Positions 9,090 to 18,232 of a DNA stretch of 64,000 nt are shown in pieces; the stretch's first letter is position 1; every line of letters begins with the position of its first letter. Under the pieces are notes generated by a model. It was not told the DNA's origin and did not search any database. It was given only the letters and a program-made list of their open reading frames with translations. The DNA is taken from NCBI GenBank assembly GCA_949300365.1, contig CASGEC010000001.1, forward strand, positions 249,980-313,979, written 5' to 3'. A program made the translations under genes and the position numbers. The DNA is from an uncultured Bacillota bacterium (GTDB taxonomy: Bacteria; Bacillota_I; Bacilli_A; RFN20; CAG-288).

Positions 9090-9721
9090 TCAACTATCCC
9101 GATGGCAGGAAAAGAAACTATGTCCCACCCGACAAGGGAAAGGACCGGCGCCTGAAGCAGAATAGGACCGAAGAGGACAGGGCACGGGACAAGTACATCA
9201 AGAGCAACATGGGCATGGCCTTCGAGGCGGATGTCAGCAAGACATGCGATTTCTACCGCCTCAAGGAAGTGGCCGATATCTACAAGCGCCCGACCCCGAT
9301 CCGCGTCGTCCGCATGAGCAAGACGAAGAAGGGCATGATCGAGGAAGCCTACTTCGAGGAAAAGTCCACGACCGACTATGTCGGCATCTACAAGGGGCTC
9401 TATATCGATTTCGAATGCAAGGAGACGATCCACGACACCATCCCCTACCACATGATCCGCCCTCAGCAATACCAGCACCTGGAACGGATCACCAAGCTCG
9501 GCGGAGTCGGCTTTTTCCTCGTCTCCTTCAAGACGGTCCAGGAAGTCTATCTCATCGACTGCCAAAAGATCCTCGACCGGACCAAGGAAAAGGAGCACCC
9601 TGGATTCAAGCGCGCCTTCTTTCAGGAAAACGGCGTCCCAGTCCGCCGAGGATACAATCCGCCATACTATCTTCTGGAAGCCATCGAAAAAGCCTTCCCG
9701 GATCGCTTCCTAGGACGCTAA
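9086..9721 (+). CDS. recU: Holliday junction resolvase RecU
   Basis: MINYPDGRK...GMAFEADVSKTCDFYRLKEVADIYKRPTPIRVV...DYVGIYKGLYIDFECKET is RecU-like. The ATG at 9086 overlaps the upstream stop (ATGA). The track start at 9020 was rejected. Confidence 0.85.
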   Translation: MINYPDGRKRNYVPPDKGKDRRLKQNRTEEDRARDKYIKSNMGMAFEADVSKTCDFYRLKEVADIYKRPTPIRVVRMSKTKKGMIEEAYFEEKSTTDYVGIYKGLYIDFECKETIHDTIPYHMIRPQQYQHLERITKLGGVGFFLVSFKTVQEVYLIDCQKILDRTKEKEHPGFKRAFFQENGVPVRRGYNPPYYLLEAIEKAFPDRFLGR

Positions 9722-9730
9722 AAGGAAAAA

Positions 9731-11422
9731 CTACTTCCTTTTCTTTTTCCTCTTCGCCTTCTTTTTCCTGTGCCGGAGGAAGACAAGGAGAAGGACAAGA
9801 AGAAGGACAAGGACGATAGCGGCGACGATGATAAGGACAAGAGGAACCTGGACCTTTACCGTGATCTCTCCGAGGACCAGGCTCTCTCCATAATAGTCGA
9901 TCGAAACGGTGATCTTGGCACTTCCCGGATGGACGGCAAAGACACTTCCATCCTCATCGATCTTGAGGACATCTTCGTCCGATGAGGAAAGTCGTATCTC
10001 TTCGTTGTAGTTGTCGGAAAGGAAAAGACCAAGTTTTTGCTTCTTGAAGAGATCAAGCGAAATCTCATCGATCTTGTTTCCGTTGGAATCGACTAAAAGA
10101 GGCATGTCCTTTACGGTGACCTGAGTCGATTTCTTGAGACTCACCTTCTCTTCATTTTCCAGATAGGTGATGTCATAGCTTACCATAGCCGTTCCGGCCT
10201 TCTTCGGCGTGAGCGTCCTATTATCGGCATTGACTTCCAGGACATCCTTGTCGCTTGTTGAGACGTCGATCTCGATTCCGGGAACATCCTGGGGAAGAGA
10301 GACGTCCAAGGAAATCGGATGGCCGACATAGAGATGATAGTCATCCTGCAAGTTCGATAGGTCGGGCTTCATGGAGAAGGAAGGATCGAAGGCCTGGTTC
10401 ACCCATTCGGGATGGTCGACATAGGGATTGCGGTTGTTCTGGACGTTCTCGTCGATGAGGTCGTTCCTTTTCCATTCGTAATCGCTGACCGGATCGATCT
10501 TGTTCCATTCCAGGAAGGTCGAAAGGCCATGTTGGACGCCGTGGTAGAGAGCGTTGTCGTCATCCATGCTCCAATCGTCCGTCAGGACAAGGTAAGGTTC
10601 GCTTGCGGTGTTGTCGCCTTCCTTGGAATAGCGTGTCGCCATGTAGAAGAGGGCCCGTGCGATATCGCCCTTCCATTCGTCCATGGGCTCGAACACGTCA
10701 TGGCCGTTTTCGTCCTTGCCCCGATAGCCGGAGAGGTCCCTTGTCCCGTCGGCATTGTAGGAATAGATGGCCTTTGCCGTGTCCTTGTCTTTGACCTCCC
10801 CGAAATCCAGGTCGTTGTGTCCGCTGGAATTGGTATAGCTATCGGCAGCGATCAGATGGTGGAGGTCCGTTCCTGCACCTTTGGCAGGATCGCCCTTTTC
10901 TACCGGAAAGCCATGGCTTTTGGCCCACACATGCTCCTTGTCGATGGAGAGATTGGCGCTTTCGACCTTTCCATCCTCCCACGAGATTCCCGTGACGTTC
11001 TTGTCCGTCTTGAACTTGTTGACGTCGGTATTGTAGGCCTTACTCGGGTCATAGTTTCCGGAGGAATAGAGCTGGACGAGGAAGTAGTTGTTTCCTTTGT
11101 CCCCTTCAAAGGTATAGGTGTCGGGATCGACCTCTCGAGAGTTCTCCCAGTCCCTATCGGTGATCTTGTACCAGTCCGTGACATCGTCATAGCTGACGAA
11201 GGTGTTGTCCACGGAGATCGTATCGTAGAGGGAATCGACAAACGCCTTTCCGGAAAGGGAAGTGTCGACATGGGCATAATAGCTCTCGACTTCCTCATCT
11301 GTCGAGCCTTCCAGAACAAGCTTCTCGCCCTTGCTGCAGGCCTTGTCCTGATAGGATTCTCTGTTAGCGGCATGGAATCCGCCAAGGAGGAAGGGAAAAA
11401 GAAATAACGCGATTGCTTTCAT
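9731..11422 (-). CDS. Secreted, membrane-tethered nuclease (endonuclease I / Bsn-like catalytic domain plus Ig-like repeats)
   Basis: Signal peptide MKAIALFLFPFLLGG. Catalytic-type region EHVWAKSHGF...DLHHLIAADSYTNSSGHND...NRNPYVDHPEW. Big_2-like repeats (LEVNADNRTLTPKKAGTA, LKIDEDGSVFAVHPGSAKITV). C-terminal TM helix plus a KKKAKRKKKRK tail. Confidence 0.7.
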   Translation of the reverse strand: MKAIALFLFPFLLGGFHAANRESYQDKACSKGEKLVLEGSTDEEVESYYAHVDTSLSGKAFVDSLYDTISVDNTFVSYDDVTDWYKITDRDWENSREVDPDTYTFEGDKGNNYFLVQLYSSGNYDPSKAYNTDVNKFKTDKNVTGISWEDGKVESANLSIDKEHVWAKSHGFPVEKGDPAKGAGTDLHHLIAADSYTNSSGHNDLDFGEVKDKDTAKAIYSYNADGTRDLSGYRGKDENGHDVFEPMDEWKGDIARALFYMATRYSKEGDNTASEPYLVLTDDWSMDDDNALYHGVQHGLSTFLEWNKIDPVSDYEWKRNDLIDENVQNNRNPYVDHPEWVNQAFDPSFSMKPDLSNLQDDYHLYVGHPISLDVSLPQDVPGIEIDVSTSDKDVLEVNADNRTLTPKKAGTAMVSYDITYLENEEKVSLKKSTQVTVKDMPLLVDSNGNKIDEISLDLFKKQKLGLFLSDNYNEEIRLSSSDEDVLKIDEDGSVFAVHPGSAKITVSIDYYGESLVLGEITVKVQVPLVLIIVAAIVLVLLLVLLLVFLRHRKKKAKRKKKRK

Positions 11423-11510
11423 GCTTTTATTTTACACGCCTCAGGAGGGTGGAAGGACAAAATCCTCACTTTCTTTTTGCGCCTTGGAAGACCATCCCGG
11501 GGCATGAGTA

Positions 11511-11539
11511 TTGGTAAGCTCATGGGAATGGTTTAGAAT
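11511..11539 (+). promoter_or_regulatory. Candidate promoter TTGGTA-17-TAGAAT for the Cof hydrolase gene
   Basis: ttggta at 11511-11516, 17-nt spacer, tagaat at 11534-11539. Confidence 0.5.
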
Positions 11540-11561
11540 AGTCCCGATTGAGGAGGTGACC

Positions 11562-12371
11562 ATGCTCGCGAATCAGAAATTCCTTATCGTCTTCGACCTG
11601 GACGGGACACTGCTCAGTTCCGAGAAGAAAATCCTTCCCAAGACGAGAGACTACCTCCGCCATTTGGCAAGTCTCGGCCACATCATCACGATGGCTAGCG
11701 GTAGGCCGCCCCGGGCCATTCTGCCCTACTATCGACAGCTGGATTTGGATGCGCCCCTAATCGGATACAACGGATCGATCATCCTCAACCCGCATGAAGG
11801 AAAGACGATCTTCGAGAAGCGTTTCCCCAGGAAGGACGTTCTCGACTTCCTGGATTCCTTCCCGCTTTCCATGTTCGACAATCTCGAGGCCGAATACGGG
11901 AAGAAGATGTTCTTCCTCAAGGACGAGCCTCGCTATGTCGACTATTTCCACAAAGAGAAAATGGACGTCACCTACGGCCCTTTTAGGGATCTCATTCAAG
12001 AGGACTGCAATTCCTTCCTCGTCTCCCTCAAGGACGAGAAGGATGCCAAGAAGATCCACGAAAAGTGCCGGGAATACGACAACATTGGCATGCGCTTTTG
12101 GTATGACAGCCCGAAGATCGGCGAATTTTATCATTACACGGTCAACAAGGCGACGGCCATCCAGGCCCTGCAGAAGTTCTACGATATCGACAGGGCCCAC
12201 GTCATCGCCTTTGGCGACGCCGACAACGATGTCGAGATGGTGGGAAGTGCCGGCATCTCCTTTGCCATGAAGAACGGCTCCGACCAACTCAAGAAGATCG
12301 CCGACTTCGTCACGCCCTACGACAACGACAACGAAGGAATCTATTATTCCCTGAAGCGTATCTTCGACTAA
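11562..12371 (+). CDS. Cof-type HAD-IIB family phosphatase
   Basis: FLIVFDLDGTLL motif I and GDADNDVEM motif IV. The ATG at 11562 follows a GAGGAGG SD. The track start at 11511 was rejected. Confidence 0.85.
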   Translation: MLANQKFLIVFDLDGTLLSSEKKILPKTRDYLRHLASLGHIITMASGRPPRAILPYYRQLDLDAPLIGYNGSIILNPHEGKTIFEKRFPRKDVLDFLDSFPLSMFDNLEAEYGKKMFFLKDEPRYVDYFHKEKMDVTYGPFRDLIQEDCNSFLVSLKDEKDAKKIHEKCREYDNIGMRFWYDSPKIGEFYHYTVNKATAIQALQKFYDIDRAHVIAFGDADNDVEMVGSAGISFAMKNGSDQLKKIADFVTPYDNDNEGIYYSLKRIFD

Positions 12372-12394
12372 AAAGGGGCGTCCTTTCGGACGCC
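12371..12394. terminator. Hairpin terminator between convergent genes (T-tract only on the minus strand)
   Basis: ggcgtcc-tttc-ggacgcc at 12377-12394, with aaaa upstream on the plus strand (a T-run for the minus-strand phosphosugar mutase transcript). Confidence 0.6.
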
Positions 12395-12439
12395 TAGGAC
12401 AAAAAATGGAGCAATAATCTCTCGTTTTGGGATGGCGGT

Positions 12440-14188
12440 TTAGAGACCCATGCGCGTCTTCAGCGACTTGACGCGTTCATCCATGATGGCCCTTGCGGAG
12501 GCATCGTCATGGTTGCGGACTTCGACGTAGAACTTGACCTTGGGTTCCGTGCCGCTGGGTCTGATGGCGACGAAGGAACCATCGTCGAAGACGAACTTGA
12601 GGCAGTCGTTGTAGTCGATGTCGGGATCGACAAGCGGTGTCTTCATCTTCTTCTCGAAGTCGGTGACGAAGCGCTTGCCATAGTCATAGAGGACATGGAC
12701 ATTCTCCGTGCCGATGACGGACGGCGGATCGTTGCGGAGCTTTTCGATTTCCTCGCTCATCCTCGTCTGGCTGTCGGAGCCGTAGAAGTAGACGCTGACC
12801 TGGTCGTTGAAGAAGAGGCCCGTCCTTTCGCTGAGCTCCTCATAGGCGACATCCAAGGTCTTGCCTTGGCGGAGATAGTATTCCACCATGTCGGCGATGG
12901 CGATGATGGACTGGAGGGAATCCTTGTCGCGGACGAAGTCCTTGAGCAAATAGCCATAGGACTCCTCATAGCCGAAGAGATAGGTCTGTCCGGCATTCTG
13001 GAGAAGGTCGGCCATGGTACCGATGTACTTGAAGCCTGTCGCGGTGGTGCGGACCTTGACGCCGTAGAGTTCGGCGACCTTGGCGCCCTGTCCACCGGTG
13101 ACGAAGGTGTTGCAGACAACGCCATTGGGATCGAGCTGGTTTCTCTTCTTGAGGGTCGAGAGGACGAAGTCGATAAGAAGGGCACCGGTCTGGTTTCCCG
13201 TCAGTCTCTTCAGTTCGCCCTTGCGGTCGAGGAAGGCCAAGCCGCAACGGTCGGCATCCGGATCGGTGACCAGGATCAGGTTGAACTTCTTTCCTTCGGC
13301 GTTGAGCTTATGAAGATGGGCAAAGGCACCCTCAAAGGCTCCGTCGGTCTCGGGGTTGGGGTTCTTCGTGCCCTTGAAGTCGGGATCGAAGAAGTCCTGT
13401 TCAGGAACCGTGCTGACTTCATATCCGGCACCGCGGAGAGCCATCGGGCCGACGATGCAGTCGCAGCCGCATTCCGGCGAGAAGACGATCTTCGTCAGCC
13501 TTTCGCCCTTGAAGACATCCTTGTAGAGGGAAGTGCCGATTTCCTTCTGGACGAAGGCGATGTCATAGGAGGAATCGTTGTCGAGATAAGTGATCTTTCC
13601 CTGGAATTCCTTCTTGACGGGTTCATAGGTGACGGTGAGTTCATCCGGAAGGGAAGTGATGACGGAGATGAGCTGGTCGACGACCTCATAGACGCCCTGG
13701 CAGCCCTTTTCGTCATAGAACTTGTAGCCGTTGTATTCCTTGGGGTTGTGGCTTGCCGTCAGCATGATGCCGCCGACGCAGTGGAAGTGCCTGACGGTGT
13801 AGCTGAGCTCAGGAGTCGGATGGGGATTGTGGAACGTATAGACGTTGAAGCCCATTTCGGTAAGGACCTTGCTGGCCATGTCGCGGAATTCCTTGGACAT
13901 GTGGCGGTTATCAAAGGAAATGGCAAATCCTCTCTTCTGGCAGGCCTCCGGACCGTATTTTCCAAGGAGGAACTTTCCGACGCCGATTGTCGCACGGCGG
14001 ACGGTCAGAAGGTTAAGCCGGGAGCATCCAGGACCCAGAAGGGCACGCATGCCACCCGTGCCGAAGGCCAGAGGAGCGGAAAACATCTCCTTGGCGGTAT
14101 CTTCGTCGGCCTCACGAATGTATTTCTTCTCGTCTTCGCTGACAAGCGGGGAAGATAGCCACGCCTGTCTCTTTTCACGATAATCCAT
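12440..14188 (-). CDS. pgcA: Phosphoglucomutase/phosphomannomutase family protein (PgcA-like)
   Basis: Active-site TASHNPKEYNGYK, Mg loop DPDADR, 582 aa. Confidence 0.9.
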   Translation of the reverse strand: MDYREKRQAWLSSPLVSEDEKKYIREADEDTAKEMFSAPLAFGTGGMRALLGPGCSRLNLLTVRRATIGVGKFLLGKYGPEACQKRGFAISFDNRHMSKEFRDMASKVLTEMGFNVYTFHNPHPTPELSYTVRHFHCVGGIMLTASHNPKEYNGYKFYDEKGCQGVYEVVDQLISVITSLPDELTVTYEPVKKEFQGKITYLDNDSSYDIAFVQKEIGTSLYKDVFKGERLTKIVFSPECGCDCIVGPMALRGAGYEVSTVPEQDFFDPDFKGTKNPNPETDGAFEGAFAHLHKLNAEGKKFNLILVTDPDADRCGLAFLDRKGELKRLTGNQTGALLIDFVLSTLKKRNQLDPNGVVCNTFVTGGQGAKVAELYGVKVRTTATGFKYIGTMADLLQNAGQTYLFGYEESYGYLLKDFVRDKDSLQSIIAIADMVEYYLRQGKTLDVAYEELSERTGLFFNDQVSVYFYGSDSQTRMSEEIEKLRNDPPSVIGTENVHVLYDYGKRFVTDFEKKMKTPLVDPDIDYNDCLKFVFDDGSFVAIRPSGTEPKVKFYVEVRNHDDASARAIMDERVKSLKTRMGL

Positions 14189-14285
14189 CGCGTTATGCCT
14201 CCGTTTCCGCTCTTTTCGGAGCGGTTTTCCTATTGGGAACCGGCTCCATTATAGAACAATTTGGGAAGGGGTTACAACAAAGGCA

Positions 14286-15038
14286 TCAAGGGTTGCCGTA
14301 CGGAATATAGTTCCTTTCCCTTTCCTTTTTCCGCTTGAGAAAATCATCGAGGTTTCTTCGATCACGATCGTAGCTTTCGACGACATGAAAGTAGACATCC
14401 AGTTCTTGCTTGGCGCTGGAATAGTCCTTGTACGCTTCGATGAGGGGAGAGGTCGACAAATAGGTCCCCAGGGCGTCCAAATTCGGCTCTTGCTGCATGA
14501 GGTAGTGCGTCAGGTTGTAGATATCCTTGTACTCGACGCCCTTGTAGATGATGGTCTTCTTTCCCGAGAGGAAGTAGGCCAAGGAGAAATAGGCCTTCTC
14601 CCGGTTTCTTTCCGCTTCCTTCTCTATCCGCATCACTTCCTTGAGCATCTTCGGGTGCTCCTTGGCGTAGAGGGTGGAGATCATGTGGTGGGAAAGAAGC
14701 TGGTAGCTGACGATATGGAGAAGGACGTTGTTCATGTTGGGAGCGTAGCTGAGCATGCTCTCTCCCATTTCCTTGTAGGTGGAAAAGACATGCTTTCCGA
14801 TGCGGAAGGACATGTAGGGATTCAGGACGTAGGAGGCCAAAAAGACAAAGACATCGTCGGGATAGGAAAGGGGAGAGAGCTTCTTGACCTTCTCGGCCTT
14901 GTCGGGATCCTTTTCGGCGATGAAATCCAAAAGGGTTCCCTTTCTCAGCTCCTTGGAAAAGTACTCGCTGTCCAGGAACATGACCTTGGCGAGTTCGAAG
15001 AGGGAATCGTATTCCTTTTTCCGATAGAGGTATGTCAT
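14286..15038 (-). CDS. Hypothetical soluble helical protein (250 aa)
   Basis: The start overlaps the upstream stop (ATGA). Codon usage is genome-like. No recognisable motif. Confidence 0.6.
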   Translation of the reverse strand: MTYLYRKKEYDSLFELAKVMFLDSEYFSKELRKGTLLDFIAEKDPDKAEKVKKLSPLSYPDDVFVFLASYVLNPYMSFRIGKHVFSTYKEMGESMLSYAPNMNNVLLHIVSYQLLSHHMISTLYAKEHPKMLKEVMRIEKEAERNREKAYFSLAYFLSGKKTIIYKGVEYKDIYNLTHYLMQQEPNLDALGTYLSTSPLIEAYKDYSSAKQELDVYFHVVESYDRDRRNLDDFLKRKKERERNYIPYGNP

Positions 15039-16105
15039 AGGGCCACCCCGAAGATCGCGCCGAGCAGATAGACGATGAAGGAAAAGGCAAAGGCGATGAC
15101 GGCAATCGTCGTCATCATCAACAGCAGTCCCTTGGAAAGCAGGTAGGTCCTTTTCTTCTTCAGATTGTCGAATAGCAGGACCGAGCGGAGGTCGATATAG
15201 GCATCCTTAAGACGGGAGAAGTCCTTGATATCGCCAAGCAGGGCCATCCTGTTGTTGATGGCACCGCAGATATAGTCATAAAGGTCATCCCGCGTCTCTC
15301 GTATCGTCTCATAGATCGTGTCCGCGTTCTTGGCAAGGAACCTTCTTGCATAGTCAAAGGATTCCCGCAGCCGTGCCCGATAGGACTGGAAAAGGACGAA
15401 GACGATATCGAAGACGTAGATGACGACAGGATAGACATAAAGGACATAGGTCATCAGGTATTTCGGATCGGGTTGGCCGAGGAAGGAATGGAAGGCCTCG
15501 AAGGGGACGATATAGATGACGAAGAGGAAGAAGTTCGCCAGGACGAAGAAGAGGACCTCCAGGAAACGGGTGATGGCCGACACCATGTCACTCTTGGGCC
15601 GGAAGGCTTCCTTCTTGACGCGGGCGATGGAACGGGAAACGATCTGCTCCATGTCCAAGAGGTAGTAGTCCAACTGCCTGGAGACGGCTTCCTTCTTTTC
15701 CCTGTCGCCGATGTTCTCGTCGAGGATGATGTCGTTGAGGGGCTTTTCCTCGCCGGCACATTCAAAGACGAGGTCGCCGATGGATGTGATCTCCCCTTCA
15801 TAGTCGGGATCGATGGCCAAGGGGTTGATGTAATACTCCGGGAAGGAATGGAGGGCGAGATAGTCGATGCTGTTCTCAATCAAGAAGGCCTGATAGATCG
15901 TCTTGGGATCGATGCGGAGATTCTCATAGCTGCGGACGACTTCCCGTGCCTTTCCGCTGAGGTGGCCTTTTGCCTTGCGGACATTGTCCTTGAGGATGGA
16001 GAGACTTTCCGATTCCTGGACCTTCTTCCTTTCGTCCTTGAGGTAAGCCTGGCAGTTCCATCCGGAGAGCTCCGCAAGGAGATAGAATTTCATCTTGCCG
16101 TCCAT
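15035..16105 (-). CDS. Hypothetical membrane protein (356 aa; cytoplasmic N-domain, TM hairpin, helical linker, C-terminal TM)
   Basis: Hydrophobic segments FLEVLFFVLANFFLFVIYIV, LMTYVLYVYPVVIYVFDIVFVLF and LLLMMTTIAVIAFAFSFIVYLLGAIFGV. Starts 3 nt after the upstream gene. Confidence 0.6.
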   Translation of the reverse strand: MDGKMKFYLLAELSGWNCQAYLKDERKKVQESESLSILKDNVRKAKGHLSGKAREVVRSYENLRIDPKTIYQAFLIENSIDYLALHSFPEYYINPLAIDPDYEGEITSIGDLVFECAGEEKPLNDIILDENIGDREKKEAVSRQLDYYLLDMEQIVSRSIARVKKEAFRPKSDMVSAITRFLEVLFFVLANFFLFVIYIVPFEAFHSFLGQPDPKYLMTYVLYVYPVVIYVFDIVFVLFQSYRARLRESFDYARRFLAKNADTIYETIRETRDDLYDYICGAINNRMALLGDIKDFSRLKDAYIDLRSVLLFDNLKKKRTYLLSKGLLLMMTTIAVIAFAFSFIVYLLGAIFGVAL

Positions 16106-16108
16106 GTC

Positions 16109-16618
16109 CTAGGCCTCCAAGGGAAAGAGCCACTGGAAGAAAGACGAAAGAAAGCCATCCCGCAAGGGAAGGATCTGCCGGATGCCGATAAGAAAGACGG
16201 CAAGGAAGGCATAGGTAAAAAGGACGAAGAAAAAGGAATAGAGGAAATGGCCTATGGGATTGGGGCCGATGCGGATCGTGACGTTGCTTCCGAGGACAAA
16301 GGCCTTCTGGAGGACATAGGAAACGATATAGATGACAAAATAGAGTAGGAGGCAGAAGAGAAGGAGGCATACCTGGGATTTCTCCGCAAAGGTCATGCCC
16401 TCGATATAAAAGGCCCCATAGAAGGAAACAAAGACATTTCCAAAGGATAAGAGAAGCTGTTTGTCCGGAAGGAAAAGGCAAAGAAGGATGAAAACAGCAA
16501 CAGGAACGGCAGAAGAAAGAGAGGCGATAAAAAAGACTTTCATGCGGTTTGACGGCAGAAAAATGGCAGGGATGAGGAAGACAGGAAAAAGAGCGAGGAT
16601 TGCCGTCGACAAAGACAT
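16109..16618 (-). CDS. Hypothetical polytopic membrane protein (169 aa, about 5 TM)
   Basis: The ATG shares one base with the rluD-like stop (TGATG). Strongly hydrophobic throughout. Confidence 0.6.
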   Translation of the reverse strand: MSLSTAILALFPVFLIPAIFLPSNRMKVFFIASLSSAVPVAVFILLCLFLPDKQLLLSFGNVFVSFYGAFYIEGMTFAEKSQVCLLLFCLLLYFVIYIVSYVLQKAFVLGSNVTIRIGPNPIGHFLYSFFFVLFTYAFLAVFLIGIRQILPLRDGFLSSFFQWLFPLEA

Positions 16619-17598
16619 CAGTCCATCCTCTTTATCGAATCGACGATATCCGATTCCTTTTTCGGAAGGGGAGAGACGAATTCCTTGTTTGCAAGATAGC
16701 TCAGAGGCCCTTTTCTCAGGCTTTCCTTGAAGCGGAAATAGGAAGCGTGGAGGAACTGGTTGCGATAGGAATACATCTTCTTGAAGAAGTCGTTGACCTC
16801 GAAATCACCGTACTTCGCATCGCCGACGATGGGATGGCCGATGTAGGCAAAGTGGACACGGAGCTGGTGGGTCCTTCCTGTCAAAAGCTCGGCCTCGACC
16901 AAGGAGTATCCGGAATTGAAGGCCTTGATGCGATGATAGACGGTGTGGGCTTCCTTGCCGCCATCGCGGATTGTCGTGACCTTGACGATATGCGTCTTGC
17001 TATCCTTCTTCAGCGGGAAGTCGATCGTTCCATCCCTCTTGATCCTTCCGGCGACAAGGAGGGTATATTTCTTCTCGATGTCCTTTCTTTCCCGGAAGAG
17101 ACGGATCAGTTCGTTGAGGGCCAAGAGGTTCTTTCCGAAAAGGACGATTCCGGACGTGTTCCTGTCAAGACGATGGGCAGGGGAAGGGATGAATCCCGTC
17201 GGATCGTTGATGTCGAATTCGCCCTTCTTCGAAAGATAGTTCAGGACCATGTTCTGGAGGGTGATACCCTTTTCCCCTGCCTCAGCATGGACAAGAAGAC
17301 CCTTTGGCTTGTCGGCAACAAGGATGTTCTCATCCTCATAGAGGATCGTGAAATCCGGCTTGACCGGGCGGAGGACAGCTTCCTTCCGGAACTGCTTGAG
17401 GAGATCCTCCTTCAAATAGACGGAGACAAGATCTCCAGGCTTAAGGATATAGTCGATCTTTGCCCGCGTCCCATTGACCTTGACGTCCTTCTGACGGAAC
17501 ATTTTATAGATAAAGGAGACAGGGGCATCCTTCAGGGCACGCTTAAGGAACTTATCGATACGTTGTTCGGCTTCTGTTTCTTTGATTTGGAATTCCAT
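16618..17598 (-). CDS. rluD: RluA-family 23S rRNA pseudouridine synthase (RluD-like, S4 domain)
   Basis: S4-like N-terminus QRIDKFLKRAL and catalytic HRLDRNTSGIVLF. The start was set to the ATG at 17598 because the tRNA-Ser promoter occupies 17646-17673. Confidence 0.9.
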   Translation of the reverse strand: MEFQIKETEAEQRIDKFLKRALKDAPVSFIYKMFRQKDVKVNGTRAKIDYILKPGDLVSVYLKEDLLKQFRKEAVLRPVKPDFTILYEDENILVADKPKGLLVHAEAGEKGITLQNMVLNYLSKKGEFDINDPTGFIPSPAHRLDRNTSGIVLFGKNLLALNELIRLFRERKDIEKKYTLLVAGRIKRDGTIDFPLKKDSKTHIVKVTTIRDGGKEAHTVYHRIKAFNSGYSLVEAELLTGRTHQLRVHFAYIGHPIVGDAKYGDFEVNDFFKKMYSYRNQFLHASYFRFKESLRKGPLSYLANKEFVSPLPKKESDIVDSIKRMD

Positions 17599-17645
17599 AA
17601 TCCAAATTATACCATCTTCCATGGAAAAGCCTACGCAAAAATAGC

Positions 17646-17673
17646 TTGACAATGAACCGAGGAAAGATAGAAT
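17646..17673 (+). promoter_or_regulatory. tRNA-Ser promoter TTGACA-16-TAGAAT
   Basis: ttgaca at 17646-17651 and tagaat at 17668-17673, about 30 nt upstream of the tRNA 5' end. Confidence 0.7.
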
Positions 17674-17705
17674 ATACTATGCTGTCCGCAAGACAGAAAG
17701 CATTT

Positions 17706-17796
17706 GGAGCGATACCCAAGAGGCTGAAGGGGTGGGCTTGGAAAGCTCATAGACAGGTAACACTGTGCGAGAGTTCAAATCTCTCTCGCTCCGCCA
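17706..17796 (+). tRNA. tRNA-Ser (anticodon GGA), CCA encoded
   Basis: Acceptor GGAGCGA/TCGCTCC, anticodon loop TTGGAAA, long variable arm, T-arm GAGAG-TTCAAAT-CTCTC, then G-CCA. Confidence 0.92.
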
Positions 17797-17810
17797 GTTC
17801 GCTTACATTC

Positions 17811-17851
17811 GAACTCTGTATGTCTATCGTACAGGGTTCGTTTTTGTTTTT
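17811..17851 (+). terminator. Rho-independent terminator after tRNA-Ser
   Basis: GAACTCTGTA-tgtctatcg-TACAGGGTTC (10 bp including one G-U pair) followed by gtttttgttttt. Confidence 0.8.
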
Positions 17852-17852
17852 A

Positions 17853-18232
17853 GGATTCCGGATATCGTGGTGGACGGATTCATTCGCTTCACTTATGAGC
17901 ATACAGCCGGAACGCTTAACGCCGGTCATGTCATGAAAGGAGAGCAGGTAGTACATCTTGGTAATGGAGAAACAAGAATCAACCATTTGAATTCCTTTAT
18001 CAAAAAGTCAGAAAACCTCGTCTGCCATATACGGCCCAAGGGTCAAGATTTTATCCATTCACAAAAGCCAATTCCGGTGACTGATGACTTTGGCCGAAAT
18101 ACCTACGCAGCGCAATGCCTCTGGCTGGACAATGCTTTTATCAAGGCAATTATTGATGACCGTTCGGAGGAATATCTTAAAGAGGCTGAAGAGCATATGA
18201 GGCGACAAGGTATGGATATCCGTCACAAGTGA
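17853..18232 (+). pseudogene. 3' fragment of a MutH/Sau3AI-family endonuclease gene (no start codon, catalytic N-terminal part missing)
   Basis: NLVCHIRPKGQDF...AAQCLWLDNAFIKAII resembles the MutH C-terminus (LQLRPKAANS...RGFYLRTSF..ALL). The only upstream in-frame sequence runs into the tRNA and its terminator. The region is AT-rich. Confidence 0.45.

Noticed and set aside
17599-17652. N-terminal extensions offered by the ORF track for rluD (17652). The same applies to recU (9020), Cof hydrolase (11511), rpsQ (35330), rpsN (36948), rpsH (37070), adk (40967), dnaD (51473), nth (52035), clpB (55689), recA (5773) and the cca-like gene (50776).
   Set aside because: In each case an internal ATG with a good Shine-Dalgarno matches the conserved N-terminus of the family. 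The extension overlaps an upstream gene, a promoter or the SD itself.
17765-17852. 5' part of ORF 17765-18232 (MREFKSLSLRQFAYIRTLYVYRTGFVFVF...).
   Set aside because: This part is translated from the tRNA-Ser 3' half and its terminator hairpin. Only the segment after about 17853 resembles a protein (a MutH/Sau3AI C-terminus), so it is treated as a gene fragment.
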